Notes: generated by a model from the letters alone, not told the origin. Counted from the stretch's first letter, positions 9,469 through 18,773 are shown. The stretch: DNA of 32,000 nucleotides from Candidatus Scalindua sp. (GCA_031316235.1 JALDRA010000001.1:630001-662000), one strand, 5' to 3'. Translations and numbers: made by a program.

Positions 9469-11868
9469 CTATGTTTTCTTTACACAGCCGTTAACAACGT
9501 GGTAATTATCACGATGCCTGTTCACCAACTCTTCAACCTTCGACCTGTCCCAATTGTTAATCTTGTCATGGGAATCACGTTTTTTTATTCCATAAAAGTT
9601 AGAGGATCCACAGAAACTGCATTCGTCTACCAGGCGGGGATTCACACGCTTACACTCGGTACAGATAGTAAATTCCGGCGATATAGTCAGCTGAGCAGCC
9701 TGGGTATTTTCAAAGGTCTTTCTCACCAATTTCATTATACTGGATGCAGGAGGCCTCTCCTCACCAACAAATGCATGAATAATAGCACCTGACTCAATCA
9801 TACTATGGAACTTGCTCTGCACTTCGATCCTCGTAACCATATCTACCGGTGCGTCAGGACGCAGATGAACGCTGTTTGTGTAGTAAAATTCATCCTTTCC
9901 GATGTTTCCCTTAACCAATTCCACCGCTTCTTTGTAAATCCTGACATCGACCTTGGCAAGCCTTCTTGCCGCACTTTCAGCCGGTGACTCTTCCAGTGAA
10001 AATTTCAAATTGTACTTCTTTCCCTCTTCCTTTATCTTGAAATACATGTGAGAAATAATACGAAGTCCAAGCTTAAGGCTGTCTTCCCCTTCATGCAATT
10101 CCTTACCTGTCATAAATTGTAAACATTCATTCAAACCAATGAGACCTACAATATAGGTGGCACCTTCCAGGTCAACATAAGGTCTGCCGTCAGCAGCCTT
10201 CTTACCAATTTCCCAGAGAGGCATTTCAGGGCCTGACATCAGCCGGGCAATAAATTTCTTCTTCTGCAGATGTGCCTTAATGGCTATATCAATGCCTTCA
10301 TCAATATTACGATAGAGAGCATCAAAATTTCCTCTGCCAGCCCTATATGCAGCCTGAGGAAGGCTTACGGTCACGTTCTGAAAACCACAGAACCTCATGC
10401 TTTCCGGATGTTTAATCATATAGTTATCTTCAATAGTCGTTCTCAATCTGCAACATGCGGACAAAGTCACTTCATCCCTATCAAAAATAAAATAGGGCAC
10501 TCCATTTTCACTCGCGATCTGACAGGCATACTCCAGTATCTTGTATTCCTCGGGATCGCTATACGTTTCATCAGTTATATGGAGATCGCATTTTGGAAAT
10601 GCAAATACATGGCCATACATATCGCCTTCGCGCCACACATCAAGCAGTGCCTTGGCAAATCGCTGAGATTCTACTGCATAGTCACCATACACCTTACCCG
10701 TAGGTTTACCTCCGGGTCCAATTGCCGGTATATTTTTTAAATAGTTTGGTATACCGGTATGTATGTTGAAATCAAGAAACAACGTTTGCCCACCTCTGGA
10801 AAAGGCGCTTTGAGAACCGCTGAAGATCAGATGTTGGGCTTCCTGCTTCATCTCTTCCTGGCTCAGGTTTTCAAGATACGGTGCATACATTATATTAATA
10901 TACCCGACACCCAAGGCTCCCGCGTAATAGGCCTGCATGGAGGCCAGAAATGTATTCAGGTGACCCGTTAGAGTCCTGGCATGTTTAGCTGGAGCAGAAG
11001 ACGTATCCAGATTCTCCAGAGATAATCCATATTTTTTCAAATATTCAAGAGAATGGGAAGAGCAGTAAACCCGTGTCGGATATCCCAGATCATGAATATG
11101 CACCATCCCATTAATATGAGCAGCTGCAACATCCTTCGAAAAGACCTCTTGCAGGGCATACTGTTTCAAGGTATTTTCAGCAACAGCAAGATTGATTGCC
11201 TCAGGATTGTTTGAAGCAATATTACTGTTTTCTTTATTCTTGGAGTACAACAATTGTTCAATATCATACTTTGGCACACCCAACGTCGTCTGTTTTTCGA
11301 GCTTTGCATTGTCGCCCCGCTCAAAAAGCTCATTGTCCACCAGTTCCCGTATCAGGGATGTCGATATCCTGTTGATACCGGAAGAAAATACACGTTTCTC
11401 TACAACATTTGCAACTTCCTGTGCTATTTCAGGAGACAAATCAGCCTCCTTCTCGAGTGCCATCGCGATCTTACATTTGTCCCAGGGAAAGGATTCGTCT
11501 TTTGTAATCTGATCAACCATCAATGATACATCAGTTGTATCTGCACCGCTCTTCACCTGTTTTCTTACACGCAGAGTTTTCCGGATACCTGCCCTGTTTT
11601 CCCGATACAGAATATAGGCCTTGGCTGTTTTAGCATGTCCGTTCTTTATCAAAACCTCTTCTACCAAATCCTGAATCTCTTCTATTTCAGGTATTTTGTC
11701 ACCAAACCTTTTCTTCAGGAAATGAGTAACAACACTTGCCAGTTCTTTTGCAATAGACATGTCCTCACCACCAACCGCTTTTGCAGCCCTGAAAATAGCC
11801 TCCGCAATCTTTTCTTCATCAAAAAGCACAAACCTGCCATCACGTTTTTGAACCATTTCAATTGACAT
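9469..11868 (-). CDS. nrdD: Anaerobic (class III) ribonucleoside-triphosphate reductase
   Basis: 799 aa with an N-terminal ATP-cone (VQKRDGRFVLFDEEKIAEAI), a class III RNR core and a C-terminal Zn ribbon CTEC...CSFC followed by a Gly-containing loop and NNWDRSKVEELVNR. Confidence 0.95.
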   Translation of the reverse strand: MSIEMVQKRDGRFVLFDEEKIAEAIFRAAKAVGGEDMSIAKELASVVTHFLKKRFGDKIPEIEEIQDLVEEVLIKNGHAKTAKAYILYRENRAGIRKTLRVRKQVKSGADTTDVSLMVDQITKDESFPWDKCKIAMALEKEADLSPEIAQEVANVVEKRVFSSGINRISTSLIRELVDNELFERGDNAKLEKQTTLGVPKYDIEQLLYSKNKENSNIASNNPEAINLAVAENTLKQYALQEVFSKDVAAAHINGMVHIHDLGYPTRVYCSSHSLEYLKKYGLSLENLDTSSAPAKHARTLTGHLNTFLASMQAYYAGALGVGYINIMYAPYLENLSQEEMKQEAQHLIFSGSQSAFSRGGQTLFLDFNIHTGIPNYLKNIPAIGPGGKPTGKVYGDYAVESQRFAKALLDVWREGDMYGHVFAFPKCDLHITDETYSDPEEYKILEYACQIASENGVPYFIFDRDEVTLSACCRLRTTIEDNYMIKHPESMRFCGFQNVTVSLPQAAYRAGRGNFDALYRNIDEGIDIAIKAHLQKKKFIARLMSGPEMPLWEIGKKAADGRPYVDLEGATYIVGLIGLNECLQFMTGKELHEGEDSLKLGLRIISHMYFKIKEEGKKYNLKFSLEESPAESAARRLAKVDVRIYKEAVELVKGNIGKDEFYYTNSVHLRPDAPVDMVTRIEVQSKFHSMIESGAIIHAFVGEERPPASSIMKLVRKTFENTQAAQLTISPEFTICTECKRVNPRLVDECSFCGSSNFYGIKKRDSHDKINNWDRSKVEELVNRHRDNYHVVNGCVKKT

Positions 11869-11873
11869 AAATA

Positions 11874-12368
11874 CTACTCCTCCCTTTTTTCCCTGTTATT
11901 TTTCTTTGCTTTCTTTGGAACAGACGCTAACGGCTTCAGCTCATTAAGAAACTCGTCTATATCTTTAAACTCTCGATAGACTGAAGCAAACCTGACATAG
12001 GCCACTTTGTCCAACACCCCAAGTCTCCGCATAATAAGTTCGCCAATAAATTTTGTGTCAACTTCTCTCTCAAACTTATCATAGATGACCCTTTCAATCT
12101 CAGAAGCAACATTTTCTAATGCTTCAGTAGAAACAGGTCTCTTCTCACAAGCCTTCAGTAAGCCGGACAATATTTTGTTCCTGTCAAAGTTATCCCGACT
12201 ACCGTCCTTTTTTACCACCCGAACAGGACTTTTCTCAACTCTCTCATATGTTGTAAACCTGCGGCCGCATTCCAAACACTCACGCCTTCGTTTCACACAC
12301 AGGCCATCTGTAGACGCCCTTGAGTTAATCACCTTATCATTATCAGATTTACAAAACAAACACTGCAT
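11874..12368 (-). CDS. nrdR: Transcriptional repressor NrdR
   Basis: N-terminal zinc ribbon (CLFC...CLEC) followed by an ATP-cone. It lies immediately upstream of nrdD. Confidence 0.95.
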   Translation of the reverse strand: MQCLFCKSDNDKVINSRASTDGLCVKRRRECLECGRRFTTYERVEKSPVRVVKKDGSRDNFDRNKILSGLLKACEKRPVSTEALENVASEIERVIYDKFEREVDTKFIGELIMRRLGVLDKVAYVRFASVYREFKDIDEFLNELKPLASVPKKAKKNNREKREE

Positions 12369-12416
12369 ATGCCCTTAATATTTAATCTGCCAGAGTATTG
12401 GCGTCGTCGAATAAAA

Positions 12417-12468
12417 TATCAACATGTAGGATTGGAAAGCAAGTTACCATACCACATGTTGAATGTCA
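12417..12468 (-). promoter_or_regulatory. Candidate nrdR-nrdDG promoter/operator: paired ACATGT-centred boxes 32 bp apart
   Basis: TCAACATGT (12419-12427) and its exact reverse complement ACATGTTGA (12454-12462). The ACATGT cores are 32 bp apart centre to centre. On the - strand a TTGACA hexamer (12463-12468) abuts the distal box. Confidence 0.3.
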
Positions 12469-12495
12469 AGCCTATTTTCTAAAATTTAAAGAATT

Positions 12496-13923
12496 TTATT
12501 TGCCAATACAAAATTCCGAAAAAACCATAGCTAATATATCCTCTGTTGCCACCTCTCCCGTAATCTCCGCAACAACATCAATAGCACTTCGAAGGTCTAT
12601 TACCATAAGTTCATACCCTGTATCCCGGTGAAGCGGGCTTAACAGGTTACCCAAAATTTCACGAACTTTTACCAGTATTATTTTTTGCCTGCAGGAAAAA
12701 ATAATACTGGATGCTGACATATCAACAGACTTACTCAACACGGTCGAAACCATCAGATCTTTCAGAGCATCAATCCCCAGGCCCGTCAGCGCAGATGTCT
12801 CCACAATGGAGTATTTGTTCACCCCCATGTAGCTCATCTTCTTATCCGGCTGCTGCGGCAGATCACTCTTATTCATGACGATAATCACATTGCTGCCTGA
12901 AATGGAACCAAGAAATTCCATCTCTTTTTTACATGCCTTGACGCTCCCATCAACAACAAAAAGCACTATCTGTGCATTCCTTAAAGAATCAAGAGTTCTT
13001 TTTAAAATTATGGATTCCAATTCCCCCTCTTCATCCATAATTCCTGCCGTATCAGTAATGCAGAAATAAATACCTTCCCAATTTACTACCGATTCCAGAG
13101 CATCCCGGGTCGTGCCATGAATAGGTGTTACTATCGCTTTCTGGTGATTTGACAATGCATTAAACAAGCTTGATTTCCCCGTATTCGGCCTGCCAGCAAA
13201 AACAATTCTCACGCCATCAAGAGGAATTGCAGATACGTAATTTTTCTCAATACTCGTGTTTATTTTCTCCCGGAGTGTAATAAGCTGGCTCTCTATCTGA
13301 TCCCATGAAATCAAATCGATATCCTGATCAGAGAAATCTATGGCCGCCTCTATTTCTGCACACAGTCTGACCAAACCACCCTGCACCTCATCCATAAACG
13401 CTCTTACACCCCTGGATCTTGACACCGCAAGAAGCAGCTCAGTATCTGTTTTTGCGCGTATTATACGTATTACAGATTCAGCTTCAGCAAGGTTTATCCG
13501 TCCATTCAAAAAAGCCCTTTTCGTAAATTCCCCGGGCTCTGCGATCCTGATAACTGTCTCTTCTCCACCATCAGATATCTCGCAACTGCTGTCCTTGCCC
13601 ATGAGAAGAAGTGATTCTAAAAGCATTTCAAGTACTGGAGGTGAACCAAAGGTATGTATTTCCACAACATCCTCCCTCGTATACGAATTTGGAGCCTTCA
13701 TTATATAGAGAGATACCGGTATGAGAATCTTTTCGGTTTCCAGACACATGCTCCCGTGATATGAACGAAAACCATTTACGCATGTATTCTTCTCAGAATC
13801 TGACGAGAGAAAACGTTTCTGCAAGTAAGAAAAGACATTTTTCCCACTAAGTTTGATAATTGCTCTGGGAGATATTCCGGAAGGTGTTGATACAGCTATA
13901 ATATCATCAAAATTACATGACAT
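12496..13923 (-). CDS. mnmE: tRNA modification GTPase MnmE (TrmE)
   Basis: G1 motif GRPNTGKSSLFNAL, DTAG, NKSD and the diagnostic C-terminal FCIGK. Confidence 0.95.
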   Translation of the reverse strand: MSCNFDDIIAVSTPSGISPRAIIKLSGKNVFSYLQKRFLSSDSEKNTCVNGFRSYHGSMCLETEKILIPVSLYIMKAPNSYTREDVVEIHTFGSPPVLEMLLESLLLMGKDSSCEISDGGEETVIRIAEPGEFTKRAFLNGRINLAEAESVIRIIRAKTDTELLLAVSRSRGVRAFMDEVQGGLVRLCAEIEAAIDFSDQDIDLISWDQIESQLITLREKINTSIEKNYVSAIPLDGVRIVFAGRPNTGKSSLFNALSNHQKAIVTPIHGTTRDALESVVNWEGIYFCITDTAGIMDEEGELESIILKRTLDSLRNAQIVLFVVDGSVKACKKEMEFLGSISGSNVIIVMNKSDLPQQPDKKMSYMGVNKYSIVETSALTGLGIDALKDLMVSTVLSKSVDMSASSIIFSCRQKIILVKVREILGNLLSPLHRDTGYELMVIDLRSAIDVVAEITGEVATEDILAMVFSEFCIGK

Positions 13924-13949
13924 AGTCCTGTTTGGAGGGAAGTTGGGCG

Positions 13950-15677
13950 CTACGCCGGCTTCCCCTTGATCACTCTTTTCCCTTTATAGTACACATCAAT
14001 CTTTTTAATACTTCTTCTGATGAACATCTGTTCACAGATACTGATCAAGGTACTTGTTGTCCAGTACAGGGTAAGCCCTGAAGGGAACTTATAGAGGATT
14101 AGCGGAAAGACAAGCGGCATTATCTGCATCATTTTCTGCTGCATCTTTGCCTGAGGATCATCTCCTCCGCTCGTTTTCGGGGTAAGTTTCATCTGCACAA
14201 ACGATGCGAAACCCATAATGAGAGGCAAGACGTTTACGCCATCCCCGAGAAAAGGCATGCTAAAAGATAGCTGAACCAATGTATCCGGCATAGACAAATC
14301 ATCGATCCAGGAAACAAAGGGGGCTTGTCTCATCTCAAAAGAGAGCTGAAGTGTTCGAAACAGAGCAAAGAATACGGGCATTTGAAGAACAATAGGCAAA
14401 CAACCACTCATAGGATTGACCCCCTGCTCTTTAAACAGCTTCATCTGTTCCTGGCCCATTCTCTGTTTGTCACCCTTGTATTTCTCTTTCAGTTGACCGA
14501 TAAGTGGCTGAAGCTGCTGCATCCTGAACATTGACATCTGGCTCTTCCGGGTCAGTGGAAAGAGAATTAACTTCACCAGAATGGTAAGTAGAAGTATGGC
14601 AATTCCATAGTTGGGAATAACGCTATAAAAGGTATTTAAAATCTTTACCAGTATCTTGCATATGGCTGTAGTCCACCCATAATCCAGAAGGACCGAAAGT
14701 CCCTCACACTGGCTCAGAAATTCCTCTTTTTTGGGGCCCAGATACAAAAACCAGTCATCCCGCTGTTCGCCTTGTGGTGGAATTACCACCTTGTTTGTTT
14801 GAAGACTAACGATAAAGTCTTTATCATAGAGAGGGTTGCTGTTTTCGAAAGGTTTTGAAGTAACAGTCGATATCCCGCTGCTTGAGGAAAACTTTAAAAT
14901 TGAGGCGAAATATTTGTTTACTGAACCCGCCCATGATATACCGACCGATTCATTTTCATAGGGAAGGTCTTTATAATCTGTACGGACCAGCTTTATCTTG
15001 TCATGCCCGATATCTATTCCCGCTACTGACGCAAGACCGGAATAGTTGTCAAATTCTGGATAGATGCCATTCGATGAAATTATGGAATATGATGCGGCAA
15101 GATCGGTTTCTGTTACATTTTCCAGGATGATTTCGATATCAAAAAAATACTTCCCCTTATCGAGAGAGATATCTTTGGTTATTCGGAGACCATTTTCTAA
15201 AAGAGTGGTAAAAACAACCCGGTCACTACTCTGTTCAACCACTTTATACTTACGATTTTTCAGGTGATATTTGCCTCCCTGTAACTCTAAACTGATGGGG
15301 AAAAAGTCTCTCCTGGCAGGTTTGAGGAGTTCCAAGACCTGACCTCTTTCCCGCTCTTTAAACTCAGTTAACACCGCCGATTTCAATGCTGCACCGCTAT
15401 TAGTCCACACAGACCGGATCACATCATTCTGTATCACTATGGTATCCTGTAATTCTACCTCTTCCGGGGCGGTACTCTCTGATGCCTCACCTTTTCCCTG
15501 TTCTTCCTGTACAGCGACAGAGGTGCCAACCTCATACTGCTCTTTTACCGCAACCGTTTCTCCTGATACCGTCTCTTTTTTCTCTCCTTCAGGAGATTTT
15601 GCCGGCTGTAAAAACTGAAACATATAAATTGTAACTATTGCGCAAAGAATAAATGCCAATAACGCTTTTTTATCCAT
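13950..15677 (-). CDS. yidC: Membrane protein insertase YidC
   Basis: N-terminal anchor, large periplasmic domain and a C-terminal 60-kDa insertase core (PLTRKSQMSMFRMQQLQP, GCLPIVLQMPVFFALF). Shows the conserved yidC-mnmE synteny. Confidence 0.95.
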   Translation of the reverse strand: MDKKALLAFILCAIVTIYMFQFLQPAKSPEGEKKETVSGETVAVKEQYEVGTSVAVQEEQGKGEASESTAPEEVELQDTIVIQNDVIRSVWTNSGAALKSAVLTEFKERERGQVLELLKPARRDFFPISLELQGGKYHLKNRKYKVVEQSSDRVVFTTLLENGLRITKDISLDKGKYFFDIEIILENVTETDLAASYSIISSNGIYPEFDNYSGLASVAGIDIGHDKIKLVRTDYKDLPYENESVGISWAGSVNKYFASILKFSSSSGISTVTSKPFENSNPLYDKDFIVSLQTNKVVIPPQGEQRDDWFLYLGPKKEEFLSQCEGLSVLLDYGWTTAICKILVKILNTFYSVIPNYGIAILLLTILVKLILFPLTRKSQMSMFRMQQLQPLIGQLKEKYKGDKQRMGQEQMKLFKEQGVNPMSGCLPIVLQMPVFFALFRTLQLSFEMRQAPFVSWIDDLSMPDTLVQLSFSMPFLGDGVNVLPLIMGFASFVQMKLTPKTSGGDDPQAKMQQKMMQIMPLVFPLILYKFPSGLTLYWTTSTLISICEQMFIRRSIKKIDVYYKGKRVIKGKPA

Positions 15678-15898
15678 TATCTAAGATCAAACTCCCTGGG
15701 TAACCCGATTTCCTGCAGGATCACCTGATACAGAAGGAACAAATCACATTGAGAACAAACAGTTTACCCGTACCGAGGCACCGGTTAGAAACCTCAAAAC
15801 AACGTTTATCCTTGATTTCAGGTTATACTACAATATTAAACAATTTAAAAAACTGACTACAATTGAAATTTGCGGAATTATATCCTTAATTATTGAAC

Positions 15899-16069
15899 TT
15901 ATTTCCCGTTTTCTGGTAACTCAGCCTCATCAATTAACATTATGGGAATATCATCCCTGATAGGATATCTTCTTCCACAATTTGTACAAATCAACTTGTC
16001 CTCTTCAAGCTTCACATCAGTTTTACAAAGCGGGCAGGCAAGTATTTCCAACAGTTTTTTATCAATCAT
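15899..16069 (-). CDS. Trm112/YcaR-family small zinc-ribbon protein (56 aa; below the ORF-track cutoff)
   Basis: My own translation gives MIDKKLLEILACPLCKTDVKLEEDKLICTNCGRRYPIRDDIPIMLIDEAELPENGK. It has the classic LLEILxCPxCK...CxxCxxxYPIxDxIPxML pattern. The ATG lies 2 nt after the scpA stop. Confidence 0.8.
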   Translation of the reverse strand: MIDKKLLEILACPLCKTDVKLEEDKLICTNCGRRYPIRDDIPIMLIDEAELPENGK

Positions 16070-16071
16070 GT

Positions 16072-16824
16072 TCAGCAGCCCTCCTCATTAATGTTCGATA
16101 CTACTCGAATTTCATCAAAATCCTCAAACTGTTCAAGCTTAATTCTACTTAAGCGAACCAATTCAAGCAACGCAAGAAAAAAGCCAATTATATCTTTTTT
16201 GTTCCTTGTGCCAAAGAAGAGATCCCTGAACGAAACAGATCGTGCATGGGTCAGCTTCTGTATGACTGTGTCCATGTACACTTTGACAGGTATATCGGTA
16301 GAGACGATCGTGGTAGACACATCGTTCAGGGTCTGTCTCATAAAATTCGAAAAAAGCTGTGACAGTTTCCATATATCGATATCACCAAGATCCAATTGCA
16401 CATCTTCTTCCTCTTTACGTATTATGCAATCCTTTGGCCTCGAATACCTTTTGCTCTTCTCTTCCGACAACTCAGCCATCCTGGAAGTCGCTTCCTTAAA
16501 TCTTTTGTATTCCAGGAGTTGATTAACCAACTCCAGCCGGGGATCCTCAAATTCTTCACTTGTATCCATTACCGAGTGAGGAAGAAGCATTTGAGATTTT
16601 ATGTACATGAGTGTTGAAGCCATCACTAAAAAATCCCCAGCCAGCCCGATATCCACTTTTTGTAAATTCCCAAGATACGTCACATACTGTTCGGTAACCC
16701 GTGCAATGGGAATATCGTAAATATCGACCTCCTCTTTACGAATCAGATACAGAAGAAGATCTAGAGGGCCGTTATAACTCTCAAGTGTAATTTTATAATC
16801 TGTTTGCATCTTGATTGCAACCAA
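16072..16824 (-). CDS. scpA: Segregation and condensation protein A (kleisin ScpA)
   Basis: The N-terminal motif LESYNGPLDLLLYLIRKEEVDIYDIPIARVTEQY is typical of ScpA. Confidence 0.9.
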   Translation of the reverse strand: MVAIKMQTDYKITLESYNGPLDLLLYLIRKEEVDIYDIPIARVTEQYVTYLGNLQKVDIGLAGDFLVMASTLMYIKSQMLLPHSVMDTSEEFEDPRLELVNQLLEYKRFKEATSRMAELSEEKSKRYSRPKDCIIRKEEEDVQLDLGDIDIWKLSQLFSNFMRQTLNDVSTTIVSTDIPVKVYMDTVIQKLTHARSVSFRDLFFGTRNKKDIIGFFLALLELVRLSRIKLEQFEDFDEIRVVSNINEEGC

Positions 16825-16827
16825 CTT

Positions 16828-17508
16828 TTACAGACCTGAAAACATCTTTAAAAAGAAAATGGTTGGCGGCCATATAATGTAGTATAGTATTGGTATATTT
16901 GCAAAATTCCCGAGTAAGATTAATCCCAGAAGAATAAACGGACCATACTTACACACCTCTTCATATTTAGGAAGCATCGCGCGGGGTAAAAACCCCTTTA
17001 AAATGTGCGAACCATCCAAAGGATAGAGAGGAATAAAATTAAAAACGGCCAATACGAGGTTAATTTGAATTAACTTCAGTAATAAGTTGCTGAAGTCCTT
17101 TATGAGAACAAAACTCGTGTCAGGTGCAAACCTGTAGAGTATCTGGAACAGCAAACCAAAGATAAATGCTGAAACAAAATTAGCAACAGGGCCTGCTGCA
17201 GAAGCAATCACATCATCACGTCTCGGGTTTTTGAAATAGCTTGAGTTTATGGGTACCGGTTTCCCCCATCCAAAGTGCGCGAAAATGAAACAGATCGTCC
17301 CAAGAGGATCAAGATGCGCAAGCGGATTGAGCGTCAGGCGACCCTGCATCCTGGCTGTTGGATCACCTAAACGGTTTGCAGCCCATGCGTGAAAAAACTC
17401 ATGTATGGTTAATGCATAGAGTATCGCAATAGCAAAAACCAGGAAATTTTTTATGTCAAAATCCATTTCAATAGAACATTTCGTCAAAAACTGGGTCAAT
17501 AGTATCAC
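16828..17508 (-). CDS. Site-2 protease family (peptidase M50) membrane metalloprotease
   Basis: HEFFHAWAA (HExxH) lies in a TM helix, the protein is polytopic and hydrophobic, and NFIPLYPLDG is the second M50 motif. The true start may be the internal Met (MDFDIK). Confidence 0.85.
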   Translation of the reverse strand: MILLTQFLTKCSIEMDFDIKNFLVFAIAILYALTIHEFFHAWAANRLGDPTARMQGRLTLNPLAHLDPLGTICFIFAHFGWGKPVPINSSYFKNPRRDDVIASAAGPVANFVSAFIFGLLFQILYRFAPDTSFVLIKDFSNLLLKLIQINLVLAVFNFIPLYPLDGSHILKGFLPRAMLPKYEEVCKYGPFILLGLILLGNFANIPILYYIIWPPTIFFLKMFSGL

Positions 17509-17861
17509 TCTTCCAACAGTATGTCAAGAAAAGAACACAATTTACACCCACTACCGGTTTCCGGTGAGAAACCTTCATCTTTTCACAACAAAAAACGAAC
17601 CATTTCCCCATTAACCGACTATTCATTAACAACCGAAGGAGAAAATCATCGATTTTTAATGAGCACGTGAACGAAAACTGCTCAGGTACAAGACGCGTAA
17701 TAATTACATAACCGGAGCGTATTCAGGTACGAGAGGATTACGCCATTATTGCGGCAATGCCGGAGAGGGGTAGTTTTTGTTCAAACACTGATTAACCTGT
17801 AAACCGTTTCACTGGTTAGAGTGGTTATCGTATCCGAAGCCGGGAGGGCAGGCTTTTTCAC

Positions 17862-17889
17862 TTGAATAAGAAAAACATATGCTTATAAT
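17862..17889 (+). promoter_or_regulatory. Sigma-70-like promoter (TTGAAT-16 nt-TATAAT)
   Basis: -35 TTGAAT at 17862-17867, a 16-nt spacer and a perfect -10 TATAAT at 17884-17889. No ORF follows it. Confidence 0.45.
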
Positions 17890-17895
17890 CTACAG

Positions 17896-18224
17896 TATAT
17901 TACCTGTTTGCTCTATACTGCAAACTGCTATGGCTGAGCCTGTGATAGCGTATATGGTAATAAAGCAGCAGAGCTTGAATCAAACAGCGGTGAGCTGAAG
18001 TAACCCGACTCATACCACTCCTTACATAATGATAGGTTCAGGAATCATAGCGATAACAGTAATAAGGAACCAAATTTAACAATTAACAGTGAAGCAGCTT
18101 TATTGGTATGGCGGAAAGATGAAGATGGCCCTGTAACCACAGGGGACAGTTATCCGTTTTGGAATCACCCGGTGTAACCTGGCATGGAGAAAGGCGGGAT
18201 TTTTCCCCGCCTTTCTTTTCTTTT
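17896..18224 (+). ncRNA. Candidate ~330-nt leader RNA or ncRNA upstream of kdsC (class unknown)
   Basis: ORF-free stretch bounded by the promoter above and a strong intrinsic terminator. There is no room for another promoter between the terminator and the kdsC start. Local hairpins include CCCTGT-aacc-ACAGGG, and AATAAAGC (17960-17967) can pair long-range with GCTTTATT (18096-18103). Confidence 0.35.
18187..18224 (+). terminator. Rho-independent terminator
   Basis: GAAAGGCGGG (18189-18198) - atttttc - CCCGCCTTTC (18206-18215) forms a 10-bp perfect stem followed by TTTTCTTTT. Confidence 0.8.
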
Positions 18225-18263
18225 AGAAACCCCAGGGCACACCCCGGAGAATACTACATCATC

Positions 18264-18764
18264 TTGAATAATATTAAAATAGTTATTTTTGACGTAGACG
18301 GTGTTTTTTCAGACGGAAAAATCATATTGGATTCGCACGGAATCGAGTCAAAGAATTTTCATGTTCAAGATGGAACAGGAATTACATACCTGCAGCGTGC
18401 GGGTATTAAAACCGCAATTATAAGCGGAAGGGTAAGCAAGGCTGTGGAATATCGGGCAAAAGAACTTTCCATCGAAGATGTGTTTCAGGGTGTACAGAGG
18501 AAAATCGACGCTTACGAGGCGATCTTGAAAAAACATACCCTGGACGACCACGAAACCTGCTACATTGGGGACGACCTTATTGATCTGCCGGTTTTGAGAA
18601 GAGTCGGGTTCGCTGTTGCCGTACCAAATGCCCGGCAGGAAGTAAAAGAATGCGCTTCGTATCAAACGGTAGCACATGGAGGTTATGGCGCTATACGTGA
18701 AGTTGCAGAGAAAATTCTCAAATCACAAGGGAAATGGGAATCCATCATATCTAAGTATTACTGA
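18264..18764 (+). CDS. kdsC: 3-deoxy-D-manno-octulosonate 8-phosphate phosphatase (KdsC, HAD family)
   Basis: HAD motif I IVIFDVDGVFSDG plus GDDLIDLPV and KdsC-like length. I place the start at TTG 18264, because the longer track ORF from 18159 runs through the terminator hairpin. GGAGA lies about 13 nt upstream. Confidence 0.85.
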   Translation: MNNIKIVIFDVDGVFSDGKIILDSHGIESKNFHVQDGTGITYLQRAGIKTAIISGRVSKAVEYRAKELSIEDVFQGVQRKIDAYEAILKKHTLDDHETCYIGDDLIDLPVLRRVGFAVAVPNARQEVKECASYQTVAHGGYGAIREVAEKILKSQGKWESIISKYY

Positions 18765-18773
18765 GTTAATCTT

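Noticed and set aside
9100-9792. 230-aa ORF antisense to the nrdG 5' end and nrdD 3' end
   Set aside because: It is strikingly long for an AT-rich genome. However, it is fully antisense to two confidently assigned genes, crosses their intergenic spacer, and has no recognisable motif or RBS. I treat it as a shadow ORF. Ribosome profiling would be needed to revive it.
17896-18224. Assignment of the kdsC-upstream RNA candidate to RNase P RNA, tmRNA, SRP RNA or a cobalamin riboswitch
   Set aside because: The conserved cores are not present. I checked for GAGGAAAGUCCGG, a tRNA-like 3' end with a tag ORF, the GGAAGCAGCC helix-8 context and the B12 box. Only a partial GAAGCAGC match was found, without the surrounding helix.
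18159-18263. N-terminal extension of kdsC in the ORF track (MESPGVTWHGERRDFSPPFFSF...)
   Set aside because: The extension is translated straight through the intrinsic terminator hairpin and T tract. The HAD domain begins right after TTG 18264.
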